Below, piece after piece: positions 9,243-19,016 of a DNA stretch of 64,000 bases. Origin of the DNA: Thermoanaerobaculia bacterium (GTDB taxonomy: Bacteria; Acidobacteriota; Thermoanaerobaculia; Multivoradales; UBA5704); assembly GCA_044226625.1 (NCBI GenBank), contig JBGAGQ010000029.1:1-64000 (forward strand), in the 5' to 3' direction. Within the stretch, counting starts at the first letter, position 1, and every line of letters begins with the position of its first letter. The notes below the pieces were generated by a model, which made no database searches, was not told the DNA's origin, and saw nothing but the letters and a program-made list of their open reading frames with translations. Both the position numbers and the translations under genes were made by a program.

Positions 9243-9833
9243 ATGAAAGTGTCGAAACCCGTGTTTCCCCTCCTTCTCGGCTCCCTCGCTTTGTCGCTCA
9301 CCCTCTCGGGCTGCGGCATGAAGCTCGACATGAGCCTGATCAGCAAATCGATCGGCGACGACGTCGCGAGCCAGCTGGGCCTCGCCGACGCGGTCGTGAC
9401 CTGCCCTCAAGAGGCTCCTCCCGTGAAGGCGGGCGAAACGTTCGAATGCGAGGCGAAGCCCAAGGAAGGGGGGCGGCTCGTCCTCAAGGTGACGCAGAAA
9501 GACGACAAGGGCAACGTCGGTTGGGAGCTGGTAAAGATCGAAGGGATGGTCAACCTCCGGGCGATCGAGGAGTCCATCACGACGGGACTCAAGGAGCAGA
9601 TCGAAGGCGGGGTCACGGTGAGCTGCGGCGAGGAGGGCGGCAGCAGCCTGCGCGTGTCTCAGGTGGGTGAGACGTTCGAATGCCAGGCTCACGCGGAGAA
9701 CGGAAGCTCTCGCGCGGTGGTGGTCACGGTGAAGGACAACGAGGGGAACGTGAGCTGGGCCCTCGCGCAGCCTGCCGAAGAAGCGACCGAAGAAGCGACC
9801 GAGGAGCCGGCGGAGGACTCGGCGCAGGAGTAG
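9243..9833 (+). CDS. DUF4333-like lipoprotein (two repeats)
   Basis: GGAGG RBS; lipobox LSGC; two VxC...GETFEC...VTxKDxxGNVxW repeats; acidic tail. Confidence 0.75.
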   Translation: MKVSKPVFPLLLGSLALSLTLSGCGMKLDMSLISKSIGDDVASQLGLADAVVTCPQEAPPVKAGETFECEAKPKEGGRLVLKVTQKDDKGNVGWELVKIEGMVNLRAIEESITTGLKEQIEGGVTVSCGEEGGSSLRVSQVGETFECQAHAENGSSRAVVVTVKDNEGNVSWALAQPAEEATEEATEEPAEDSAQE

Positions 9834-9918
9834 CTCCCCAACGGCGGACCGAAGCCGGCTCCGCGACGCCAGGGCGAAGGGCCGGATCTCTCATCGGAGA
9901 TCCGGCCTCTACGGCGCG

Positions 9919-10293
9919 TCAGCTCCCGCCCCGAAGGTCTTTCCGATCCTGCCCGATCCACCATCGGTTGCCGTCGGAATCCTCGATCCGGAACTCCGTC
10001 ATGCCGTAAAACGTCTCGGAGAGATCGGGTACGTCGAGGCCGTTGGCCCTGACCCGGCGGTGGTATTCGACGACGTCGTCGGGGTAGAGATAGTGAACCG
10101 CGTCGCGCGGTCCGGGTAGGTGCGAGCGGATCGACTGATCCAGCATCAGCTCGCAGTCGTCGAACCGGAGCGACGCCCAACCCCAGGAGTCGTTCCGGCT
10201 CACGACCTCGAAGCCGAGCTTGCCGCAATAGAAGTCGACGCTCGCCGCGAGATTGCGTACCGGGAGCATCGGCACGAGTCGATTCATCTTCAT
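9919..10293 (-). CDS. VOC/glyoxalase-bleomycin resistance family protein
   Basis: LVPMLPVRNLAASVDFY...FYGMTEFRIEDSDGN. Confidence 0.85.
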   Translation of the reverse strand: MKMNRLVPMLPVRNLAASVDFYCGKLGFEVVSRNDSWGWASLRFDDCELMLDQSIRSHLPGPRDAVHYLYPDDVVEYHRRVRANGLDVPDLSETFYGMTEFRIEDSDGNRWWIGQDRKDLRGGS

Positions 10294-10329
10294 TCGCTGC
10301 TCCGCTGACCTTTCTATCGCTCGCGGTCG

Positions 10330-10809
10330 CTATCCGCGCCGGGCCGTCTCGATCGCGGCGACGTCGATCTTGCCCATGGTCATCATGGCGGTGAAGGCGC
10401 GCTTCGCCTCGTCGCCTCCGGCATTGAACGCCTCGGTGAGCACGCGCGGCGTGATCTGCCACGAGAGGCCCCAACGGTCCTTGCACCATCCGCAGGCGCT
10501 CTCCTGTCCGCCGTTGCCTACGATGGCGTTCCAATAGCGGTCGGTCTCCTCCTGATCGTCGGTGGCGATCTGAAAGGAGAACGCCTCGGTCTGCCGGAAC
10601 GCCGGGCCGCCGTTCAGACCCAGGCAAGGAATCCCCAGGACGGTGAATTGCACCGTGAGAACGTCGCCCTCCTTGCCGTTCGGATAGTCGCCCGGCGCCT
10701 TGTGGACGGCGGTCACCTCGCTGTCGGGAAACGTGGCGGCGTAAAAACGCGCGGCCTCCTCAGCTTCCTTGTCGAACCAGAGGCAGATGGTGTTCTTCGG
10801 GATCGTCAT
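10330..10809 (-). CDS. PhnB-like VOC family protein
   Basis: ATG 10809 after AAGGAG; ICLWFD...LNGGP...CGWCKDRWGLSWQI. Confidence 0.9.
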   Translation of the reverse strand: MTIPKNTICLWFDKEAEEAARFYAATFPDSEVTAVHKAPGDYPNGKEGDVLTVQFTVLGIPCLGLNGGPAFRQTEAFSFQIATDDQEETDRYWNAIVGNGGQESACGWCKDRWGLSWQITPRVLTEAFNAGGDEAKRAFTAMMTMGKIDVAAIETARRG

Positions 10810-11060
10810 GGCGGGCTCCTTCGATGCGATGGATGGAAACGGTCGAGCGCTCGGCGAGCGTCCGACGGACGGTGAAGCGCGGCCTGCGAGGTCCATGCCG
10901 AAACTTCGACAGGGGATCGCCCCCACATTCGACTCACACGTTAACACTCGCTCCGCCGAACCAGCTCTCTCCGCTCAGGCGTCCGCGAGGGGCAGGTCGT
11001 CGGGGGCGATCCGCAAAACGACGTGGCATAATCCACCCCAATTTTTCGGAGGACTTTTCC

Positions 11061-11966
11061 ATGCGCAGGACCACGATCGCCTTGGCCTCCTTGGTATTCG
11101 CCGCCCTCACATCGCACGCTGCGGTCTCCGGCCCGGTTTCCGGGAAGATCGGCCGCAAGGGAATCACGGTCGACGTCGTCGACGCCGTGCTCTACGAGGG
11201 GAAGGACTACTGGGGCGAGAACCCCGCGTTGATCCTCCGGCTCTCCGCGACGAAGCTCGACCACGCCGCGATCGACGAGGCGATCGACCTCGAAACGGAG
11301 GTCGACCGCCAGTTGGACGGCTCGCCGAACGTGACGCTCGAATTCGGAATGGACGGCTCCTGGTCGGGCGGCGGCGGCTTTTATATCCCCGACGCTTCCT
11401 GCGGCTGGTGCCTCGACGGCTCGCTCGCGGACAAAGCGAAGACCCGGTTCGAAAAGGACGTCCTCTCGGGGACGATTCAAGTCGCCTCGGCCACGTTGAA
11501 AGACGGCGACGGTCCGGACATCGATCTCAAGCTCTCGGTGCCGATCTCGCGCGTGAAGGGCCTCACCGACCTGCCGAAAGGTGGCGGCGATCCGGGGCGC
11601 GCCTATCTCGCTTGCGCCGCGGCGTTGACCGAAACGGCGAAGCCCGACAAGGCCGCGGTGATCGCGAACTGTTTCGCCAAGGACGACGCCTGGGTCGCCA
11701 ATCTGAACCTCGACTACTACACCGAATTTTCCGACCTCGTGTATCCCGTTCGCGCCGAGATCGGGAAGGGCGCGCTGCTCGAGGAGGTGAAAATCCTCGG
11801 CGGCCGAACCAAGGGCAAGCGCGCCGAGCTCGAGGTCGAAGGCAAGCTGGTCGACCGGTCGTCCGAACCGCCCTACACCGAGCGCTATCGCGGCAAGGTG
11901 TTCCTCACCCTCACCGGCGACGGTTGGCGCCCGAGAGGCGATCGGCTGGAGACGGTCAGCGAGTGA
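11061..11966 (+). CDS. Secreted hypothetical protein
   Basis: GGAGG RBS, signal peptide ending TSHA, GC-type codon usage, 301 aa. Confidence 0.75.
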   Translation: MRRTTIALASLVFAALTSHAAVSGPVSGKIGRKGITVDVVDAVLYEGKDYWGENPALILRLSATKLDHAAIDEAIDLETEVDRQLDGSPNVTLEFGMDGSWSGGGGFYIPDASCGWCLDGSLADKAKTRFEKDVLSGTIQVASATLKDGDGPDIDLKLSVPISRVKGLTDLPKGGGDPGRAYLACAAALTETAKPDKAAVIANCFAKDDAWVANLNLDYYTEFSDLVYPVRAEIGKGALLEEVKILGGRTKGKRAELEVEGKLVDRSSEPPYTERYRGKVFLTLTGDGWRPRGDRLETVSE

Positions 11967-12049
11967 CGAGTGGCCTTTGACCGGCGCGTGAAATCTCCGC
12001 GATAAAGCCGGTCGCAGATCCGCGTGCGACGCTAATCTTTCGGATCGAG

Positions 12050-12092
12050 GTAGTAGACAATCTACATCCCCGGTGTGTAGACTGTCTACTAC
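12050..12092. promoter_or_regulatory. Twin palindromic operator (probable PadR autoregulatory site)
   Basis: GTAGACAATCTAC (12053-12065) and GTAGACTGTCTAC (12077-12089) immediately before the padR start. Confidence 0.7.
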
Positions 12093-12093
12093 C

Positions 12094-12447
12094 ATGACCC
12101 AGCCTCCCGCCGACCCGCGTCTCGACCTCCTTCAAGGCACCCTCGACATGCTGGTGCTGCGCATCCTCCAATGGGGGCCGCAGCACGGACACGGCATCGG
12201 CCAGGCGATTCGCCAGCGCTCGGACGACCTGCTCAAGGTGGAGACCGGTTCGCTCTACCCGGCGCTCCATCGGCTCGAAAAGCGCGGATGGCTCAAATCG
12301 GAGTGGGGCCTCAGCGAAGCGAACCAGCGGGCGAAGTACTACCGGCTCACCGCCACCGGCAAGGCCCAGCTCGCGCGCGAGCAGGATCGCTGGTCGCAGA
12401 TGGTCGACGCGATCGGCCGCGTGATGGACCCGGCGACTGAGGAGTAA
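12094..12447 (+). CDS. PadR-family regulator, acidobacterial type
   Basis: LLQGTLDMLVL...HGHGI...GSLYPALHRLE...RAKYYRLT. Confidence 0.92.
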   Translation: MTQPPADPRLDLLQGTLDMLVLRILQWGPQHGHGIGQAIRQRSDDLLKVETGSLYPALHRLEKRGWLKSEWGLSEANQRAKYYRLTATGKAQLAREQDRWSQMVDAIGRVMDPATEE

Positions 12448-12450
12448 TCC

Positions 12451-15084
12451 ATGCGAGCCCTGGGAACCACGAGACCCGACGAGCGTGAGCTGGACGAGGA
12501 GCTCCGCGGCCACCTCGCCTTGAGCGTCAAGGAGCGGATCGACCGCGGCGAAGATCCCGAGACGGCGCGGCTCGCCGCGCTCCGCGAGCTCGGCTACGTG
12601 CCGGCGATTCGCGACTCGATGCGGCGCGTCTGGTACGGCCGGGGGTTCGACGCGGCGGCCGCCCTCGGGCGCGAGATGAGGATCGCGGTGCGCTCCCTCC
12701 TGCGCACCAAGGCGCTGGGCGCCACGGTGGTGGTGACGCTCGCCCTCGGCATCGGCGCGAACGCCGCCATCTTCAGCGTCGTCCGCGGCGTGCTGCTGCG
12801 CCCGCTGGTCAATCGCGGCGAGGATCGCCTGGTGTACATCCGCCAGAGCGCCCCGGGAGTCGGCCTCGACAACATGACGTTTTCGGTTCCCGAGATCGCC
12901 GACTTCAAGGCCCGCTCGACCACGATCGCCGCGTTCGGCGACTTCTCGACGATCGAGTTCACGATGCTGGGATTCGGCGAGCCGCGCCTGGTCCGCGCCG
13001 GCGTCGTCAACGGTTCGTTCTTCGAGGTGATGGGCCTGCGGCCGGTGCTCGGCCGCCTCTTGAACCCGACGGACGACGGTCCCGGTGCGGCCCCCGCGGC
13101 CGTGCTCACCCATCGCTTCTGGACCGGTCCGCTGCACAGCGATCCCAAAGTGATCGGCAAGCCGATCGGCCTGGGGCCGGTCACCGCGACCATCGTCGGC
13201 GTCCTCGAGCCCTCGGTGCCCTATCCGGCCGACACCGAGATCATCGCCAACGTCGTGACGAGCCCGCATCACCTCGGCGCGACGATGACGACCGATCGCG
13301 AGCATCGGATGACCGAGCTGTTCGGCCGGCTCGCGCCCGGCGCCACGTTCGAGGGCGCGCGCGCCGACCTGATCGCCGCGCACGACGCGATGAGGCGCGA
13401 GCACCCCGAAGCGTATTCGCAGAACACCGGCCTCCAGCTGAGCGTCACCCGGCTCCGCGACCAGATCACCGCCCCGGCGCGGACGATTCTGCTCGTCCTG
13501 CTCGCCGCGGCCGCGGTCGTCTTCGTCATCGCCTGCTCGAACGTCGCGAACCTGATCCTCGCGCGCACCGTCCGGCGCGAGGGGGAATTGGCCGTCCGCG
13601 CGGCGCTCGGCGCGAGCCGGAGCGCGCTGCGAAGAACCCTGCTCGCGGAGAGCCTGGTGCTGTGCGGGGCCGGAGCGCTCCTCGGACTCGCGCTCGCGCG
13701 GCCGCTGGTCTCGATCGTGGCGAGGTACGCCGCGCGGTTTTCGGTGCGCGCGCTCGAAGTGGCCGTCGACGGCACGCTCCTCTGGGTCGGCGCGGGCCTC
13801 GCCCTCGCCGCCGCCGTGCTGCTCGCGTACGTGCCGCGCCTCCCCACCGACACTCCCGCGCGCCTGGGGCTCGCGAGCGGCGGCATTCGCATCACCCCCG
13901 GAAACCAACGCCGCCTGCGCCTGTTCGCGACGGCACAGATCGCCTTCTCGTTCGTCCTGCTCGTCGGCGCGGGGATGCTCGTCGCGGCACTCCTCGCCCT
14001 TCAAGCCAAGAACAGCGGCTACGCCGACACGCGGCGGCTGCTCGCCCTCGACGTGCCGCCGCTCGCGGTCGGCGAAGAGGGCGCCAAGCAGTTCGCGTTC
14101 TTTCGCGAAGCGGACCGCCGCATCGGCGAGCTGCCCGGGGTCCTGGGCGTGACCCAAGGGAACGTCGTGCCCTGGCGCGACGCGGGCGCTTGGCCGCGCC
14201 TCCCGTTCGCCGTCGAGGGGTACCGGCCGGAAGAGGGCGAAGAGAGCCTGTTCGCGAGACCGCGGTTCGTCGGACCCGGCTTCTTCGGCGTGCTCGGGAT
14301 TCCGATGATCGCCGGCCGCGACTTCACGGCCGACGATCGGCCCGACGGCGAGCCGGTCGCGATCGTCAGCCAGAGCCTAGCCCGGCGCCTGTTTCGCAAC
14401 GGCGCCGCGCTCAACCGCAAGCTGTGGTGGACCTTCCGCACCGAAAGGCCGTGCCGCATCGTCGGCATCGTGCCGGACGTGGACGACGAAAGCCTGGCCG
14501 GTTCTCCCTCTCCCGCGATCTACCAGCCCTATTCGCAGATGGGCGTCGCGAGCCGCCTGTTCGTGCGCGCCTCGGGCGATCCACGCGCGCTGGTGCCGGC
14601 GGTGACGCGCATCCTCCGCCGGATCTCGGCAGACCAGGCGGTCGAGCGCGCGGCGACGCTCGACGAGATCCGCTCGGAAGTGCTCTCCCCCGAGCGTATG
14701 AACGCCTCCATCGTTTCCGGGTTCGCCGGCATCGCCCTCCTGATCGCGGTGGTCGGCGTCTCGGGGGTGCTCGCGTTCTCCGTAAGCGCCCGAACGCGCG
14801 AGTTCGGCGTGCGCCTCGCGGTCGGCTCGGCACCGCGCCAAATCCTCGCGCGGGTCCTCAAGGAGGGAGCGGCGATCGCCGCGATCGGCATCGCCGCCGG
14901 AGCCCTCGGCGGCTATGCCCTGGCGTTCCTCGCCGCGAGCCATTGGAAAAGCGTAAGTCCCCCCGGACCGTGGCCGATGCTCGCCGCGGCGGCCGTCCTG
15001 GCCATCGCCGCGGTCGTCGCCTCCTTGATGCCCGCGGCGCGAGCGGCGCGGGTGGACGTGCTCTCGGCTCTGCGGTCAGAGTGA
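12451..15084 (+). CDS. ADOP-family duplicated ABC permease (MacB/FtsX-like)
   Basis: TLALGIGANAAIFS, IACSNVANL, ELAVRAALGA, RTREFGVRLAVG, ALRSE; follows padR. Confidence 0.9.
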   Translation: MRALGTTRPDERELDEELRGHLALSVKERIDRGEDPETARLAALRELGYVPAIRDSMRRVWYGRGFDAAAALGREMRIAVRSLLRTKALGATVVVTLALGIGANAAIFSVVRGVLLRPLVNRGEDRLVYIRQSAPGVGLDNMTFSVPEIADFKARSTTIAAFGDFSTIEFTMLGFGEPRLVRAGVVNGSFFEVMGLRPVLGRLLNPTDDGPGAAPAAVLTHRFWTGPLHSDPKVIGKPIGLGPVTATIVGVLEPSVPYPADTEIIANVVTSPHHLGATMTTDREHRMTELFGRLAPGATFEGARADLIAAHDAMRREHPEAYSQNTGLQLSVTRLRDQITAPARTILLVLLAAAAVVFVIACSNVANLILARTVRREGELAVRAALGASRSALRRTLLAESLVLCGAGALLGLALARPLVSIVARYAARFSVRALEVAVDGTLLWVGAGLALAAAVLLAYVPRLPTDTPARLGLASGGIRITPGNQRRLRLFATAQIAFSFVLLVGAGMLVAALLALQAKNSGYADTRRLLALDVPPLAVGEEGAKQFAFFREADRRIGELPGVLGVTQGNVVPWRDAGAWPRLPFAVEGYRPEEGEESLFARPRFVGPGFFGVLGIPMIAGRDFTADDRPDGEPVAIVSQSLARRLFRNGAALNRKLWWTFRTERPCRIVGIVPDVDDESLAGSPSPAIYQPYSQMGVASRLFVRASGDPRALVPAVTRILRRISADQAVERAATLDEIRSEVLSPERMNASIVSGFAGIALLIAVVGVSGVLAFSVSARTREFGVRLAVGSAPRQILARVLKEGAAIAAIGIAAGALGGYALAFLAASHWKSVSPPGPWPMLAAAAVLAIAAVVASLMPAARAARVDVLSALRSE

Positions 15085-15119
15085 GTGGCGGGCCTCTCAG
15101 CCCGCCCGTCGAGCTCGCC

Positions 15120-15887
15120 TCAGCCGCCGTACCGAATCGCGTAGAACATCACGCCCTGCGGCGAGGAGATGCCGCAGAACCGGCCGACCTCCGGAATGTC
15201 CTGGGGTGGAATGAACACCTCGGCCCCCAGCTCACCTGCCAGCCGCGCGGTCTCGTCGACGTCCTCGACGGTGAAATACACGCCCCAATGGGGGCGAACG
15301 TCCCCCATCTTCGGCAGGAACGGCATCATCCCGGCGACAAAGTCGCCGTCGAGCTTGAAACTCGTGTAGGTGAACCCCAAGTTCGAGCTCTCTTCCGGCG
15401 TCCAACCGAACAGGTCGCAGTAGAACTTCGTCGCCCGTGCGGTGTCGCTCGTGATCGTCTCGAACCAGCTCGGCGCCCCGTGGAGGCTCCGGTCGACGTC
15501 GGTCCCCGGTCCTTTCCTCGGCTGCCAGAGGTCGAACTCGGCGCCGTTCGGATCGAAACATTCCGCCATGCGCCCCTGCTCGGCGATGTCGAACGCCGGC
15601 TTCGCCCTGCCCCCGAGCGCCACGGCCTTCTCGCACGTCGCGTCCGCACTCTCGACTTTCACCATCACGCCGATCAGCGGCGGAGTCCCTGGAGGGGTCT
15701 GGGGCGAAGCCAGATCGAACAGTCCGCCGATCGGCCGGCCTCCGACTTTCACCACATGGCCCATGCCCGGCATCTCGGCATATTCCCAACGGAGCAGCTC
15801 TCCAAAGAACTCACGCGCCGCCTCCGGCTGCGGCGTCAACATGTTGATCCAGCAGAATTCGCCCGGCTTCCGAAGCTGTGTCGTCAT
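15120..15887 (-). CDS. Two-domain VOC/glyoxalase family protein
   Basis: PGEFCWINML...DPNGAEF and GAPSWFET...SPQGVMF repeats. Confidence 0.88.
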   Translation of the reverse strand: MTTQLRKPGEFCWINMLTPQPEAAREFFGELLRWEYAEMPGMGHVVKVGGRPIGGLFDLASPQTPPGTPPLIGVMVKVESADATCEKAVALGGRAKPAFDIAEQGRMAECFDPNGAEFDLWQPRKGPGTDVDRSLHGAPSWFETITSDTARATKFYCDLFGWTPEESSNLGFTYTSFKLDGDFVAGMMPFLPKMGDVRPHWGVYFTVEDVDETARLAGELGAEVFIPPQDIPEVGRFCGISSPQGVMFYAIRYGG

Positions 15888-16103
15888 GGGGTCTCCTGGG
15901 TTCGAGTGGCCCGGCGGCTATCGGGGACGTCGCGGGCGGCGGGCCTCAAGGCGGAGCCGTCGATTATAGCGGCCGAGAGCCGCGACCCTAATCGGTCGCG
16001 CCGCAGAGGGGCCGCCGGCGCGTGCATCAAGTACACTTCGAAAATCTCGATGCAGATCCGCCCAGGAATCCACCGGGCCTAAAGATCGTCAGGAGTCCTG
16101 CCG

Positions 16104-17723
16104 TTGCGTTGGATCGCCCCGCCTGAAAAAGACACCGCCGCCGCCACGCTCGAGAAACGACTTTGGGACGCGGCCGACCAGTTCCGCGCCAACTCGGGCC
16201 TCAAAGCGCAGGAGTACTCGAGTCCGATTCTCGGCCTGATCTTCCTCCGCTTCGCCGAGGTGCGGTTCGCCGCGCAGCGGGCGAAGCTCGAAAAGGCCGG
16301 CGCTTCGTCGCGACGCGGCAGCCGGGTGGACGAGCCCGCGGCCTACCATGCGGAGGGGGTTCTCTACCTCGCTCCCGAGGCGCGCTTCGATACCCTGCTG
16401 ACTCTCCCCGAAGCGACGAACCTCGGCGCCAAGGTGAACGCGGCGATGCGCGAGATCGAGCAGCAGAACTCGCAGCTCGCGGGCGTGCTGCCGAAGACGT
16501 ACAACCTTTTCACCGCGAGCCTCCTCAAGGCGCTGCTCAAGAAGATCTCGGAAATTCCCGCGACGTCGGATTACGACGCTTTCGGCCGCATCTACGAATA
16601 TTTTCTCGGCGAGTTTGCCCGTACCGAAGGGCAAAAGGGGGGCGAGTTCTACACGCCGAGTCCCATCGTCAAGCTGCTCGCCGAGATCCTCGAGCCGTAC
16701 CACGGCCGCATCCTCGACCCCGCCTGCGGCTCGGGCGGCATGTTCGTTCAGTCGGCGCGTTTCGTCTCGGAGCATCAGAAGAACCCGGCCGCCGAGCTCG
16801 CGATCTACGGGGTCGAAAAGACGGACGAGACCGGCCGCCTCTGCCGCTTGAACCTCGCGGTGCACGGCCTCGAAGGGGACATCCGTCACGGCGGCCACGT
16901 CAACAGCTATTACGACGACCCGCACACCGCGACCGGGGCGTTCGACTTCGTGCTAGCCAATCCGCCGTTCAACGTGAACGCGGTGGACAAGGAGCGGCTC
17001 AAGGACGTCGTGGGGCCCGGCCGCCGCTACCCGTTCGCACTGCCGAAGCCGGACAACGCGAACTATCTCTGGATTCAGCTGTTCTACTCGGCGCTGAACG
17101 CCCAGGGACGCGCGGGCTTCGTGATGGCGAACTCGGCCTCCGACGCGCGCTCGTCCGAGCAGGAGATCCGCCAGAAGCTGATCCAAGCCCGCGCGGTGGA
17201 CGTGATGATCGCGGTCGGGCCGAACATGTTCTATACGGTGACGCTCCCCTGCACGCTCTGGTTCTTGGACCGGGGCAAGGCGAAGACGCCGCGCGGAGGC
17301 CAGGTGCTCTTCCTCGACGCCCGCCACGTCTACCGGCAGGTGGACCGCGCGCATCGCGACTGGACGCCCGCGCAGATCAGCTTCCTCGCCAACGTCGTCC
17401 GCCTCTACCGCGGTGAGGCGATCGACCTCACCCTCGGCGGGGACGAGACTCAGGCCAAGCTCAAGGAGGTCTTCGGAAAGAAACTGAAGTACGCCGACGT
17501 GCCCGGGCTGTGTCGTGCCGCGACGATCGAAGAGATCGAGGCACAGGGCTGGTCGCTCAACCCCGGGCGGTACGTCGGCGTCGCCCCGGGCGAAGAGGTG
17601 AGCGACGAGGAATTCAAGGCGCAGCTGGAAGCGCTGAATGAGGAGCTGGAGACGCTGAACGCCCAGGCGCGCGAGCTCGAAGTGACGATTGCTCGGAATG
17701 TGGCGGAGATTCTGGAGGCTTGA
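16104..17723 (+). CDS. hsdM: Type I restriction-modification methyltransferase subunit
   Basis: [23 protein letters not shown] (SAM binding), NPPF (m6A catalytic). Confidence 0.95.
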   Translation: MRWIAPPEKDTAAATLEKRLWDAADQFRANSGLKAQEYSSPILGLIFLRFAEVRFAAQRAKLEKAGASSRRGSRVDEPAAYHAEGVLYLAPEARFDTLLTLPEATNLGAKVNAAMREIEQQNSQLAGVLPKTYNLFTASLLKALLKKISEIPATSDYDAFGRIYEYFLGEFARTEGQKGGEFYTPSPIVKLLAEILEPYHGRILDPACGSGGMFVQSARFVSEHQKNPAAELAIYGVEKTDETGRLCRLNLAVHGLEGDIRHGGHVNSYYDDPHTATGAFDFVLANPPFNVNAVDKERLKDVVGPGRRYPFALPKPDNANYLWIQLFYSALNAQGRAGFVMANSASDARSSEQEIRQKLIQARAVDVMIAVGPNMFYTVTLPCTLWFLDRGKAKTPRGGQVLFLDARHVYRQVDRAHRDWTPAQISFLANVVRLYRGEAIDLTLGGDETQAKLKEVFGKKLKYADVPGLCRAATIEEIEAQGWSLNPGRYVGVAPGEEVSDEEFKAQLEALNEELETLNAQARELEVTIARNVAEILEA

Positions 17724-19012
17724 GGGTGGACAGAAGCGCACAGTTGCCTGGCGATAGTCGGAGGACCGGCTTGCCGGAGTTACCTGCAACTTGGACTTGG
17801 GCTCGATTCGCGGATATCTGCAAGCGTGTCTCCGTTGGGCATGTTGGACCAACAACCGAATTCTTTTGCAATCGGACTGAGGGCATCATGTTTCTCCGAT
17901 CGCAAAATGTGCGCCCAGGACACCTCGAATTAGAATCAGTTGCAGCGATTTCACCCGAGTTCCATCGGAAGCTCAAGAAGTCTCAATTGCAACCGGGAGA
18001 CATTCTGTTCGTTCGGGTTGGAGCCAACCGAGGTGACTGCTGCGTCGTTCCGGAGGGGATCGGCGAGATCAATTGTGCAAACATCGTCTTCGCACGCCCA
18101 AATCACCCAAACGGATTTCACTCCTACTTCTTCCAGAGCGATTTGGGACGCTCGTTACTTCTTTCAACTTCGGTCGGTGCTGCACAGGGCGTGATCAATA
18201 CTTCTTCAGTAGCATCGATGCCTGTTCCAGTGCCCCCGCTTCCCGTGCAGCGTCGAATCGCAGGCATCCTCTCCGCCTACGACGACCTGATCGAGAACAA
18301 CCAGCGGCGCATCCGGATTCTTGAGACAATGGCCCGCGCCCTCTACCGCGAGTGGTTCGTCCACTTCCGATTTCCTGGTCACGAGAACCATCCGCGGGTT
18401 GCGTCTTCATTGGGAGATATCCCCAAAGGATGGGAGGGTCGCTTCAGCGACCTCGTAACTATCGAGCGCGACGGCATCAATCCGTTTGAGTATCCCGATG
18501 AGAAATTTGAACACTTCAGCATACCTACCTTCGATAGCGGGCGGCAGCCAGCCATGGAGTTTGGAAGTACGATTCTCAGCGGCAAATACTGCGTAAACGG
18601 CCCGACCGTTTTGCTCTCGAAACTCAATCCCCGGATCCCGCGTGTCTGGCTGCCCGCTCCAACTGGCCAACATCGCGCGATCACTTCGACTGAATTTCTA
18701 TGTTTGAAAGCACGCCAAGGTGTAAGACGTGAGTTTATCTATGAGAAGTGCTGCTCCGACGAGTTCGCTGCACAGTTCGGCAGTCTTGCCATCGGCACCT
18801 CCACAAGCCATCAACGCGTTAAGCCAGAGAATCTTCTGGCTATGCCTTGCGTTGTTCCCGACCGGAAAACCATTACCAAATTTGGGAACCTAGTGTCACC
18901 TATGCTAGCGGAATGCCAGCAACTGCGTTCCAAAATCCAAAACCTCCACCGCACCCGCGACCTCCTTCTCCCCCGCCTGCTCTCCGGTCAGATGAACCTC
19001 TCCACGACCTGA
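17720..19012 (+). CDS. hsdS: Type I R-M specificity subunit
   Basis: Two low-GC TRDs separated by [23 protein letters not shown]; ends [11 protein letters not shown]; start may be GTG 17726. Confidence 0.93.
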   Translation: MRVDRSAQLPGDSRRTGLPELPATWTWARFADICKRVSVGHVGPTTEFFCNRTEGIMFLRSQNVRPGHLELESVAAISPEFHRKLKKSQLQPGDILFVRVGANRGDCCVVPEGIGEINCANIVFARPNHPNGFHSYFFQSDLGRSLLLSTSVGAAQGVINTSSVASMPVPVPPLPVQRRIAGILSAYDDLIENNQRRIRILETMARALYREWFVHFRFPGHENHPRVASSLGDIPKGWEGRFSDLVTIERDGINPFEYPDEKFEHFSIPTFDSGRQPAMEFGSTILSGKYCVNGPTVLLSKLNPRIPRVWLPAPTGQHRAITSTEFLCLKARQGVRREFIYEKCCSDEFAAQFGSLAIGTSTSHQRVKPENLLAMPCVVPDRKTITKFGNLVSPMLAECQQLRSKIQNLHRTRDLLLPRLLSGQMNLSTT

Positions 19013-19016
19013 AGCC

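Noticed and set aside
9775-9810. Short tandem repeat encoding EEATEEATEE
   Set aside because: Low-complexity acidic tail of a lipoprotein; in frame, with no evidence for phase variation.
11956-14157. Long antisense or alternate-frame ORFs (also 13662-16082, 18900-21113, 25283-27631, 51582-53660)
   Set aside because: Arg/Pro/Gly-rich shadow ORFs expected in high-GC DNA; they overlap genes with clear family motifs.
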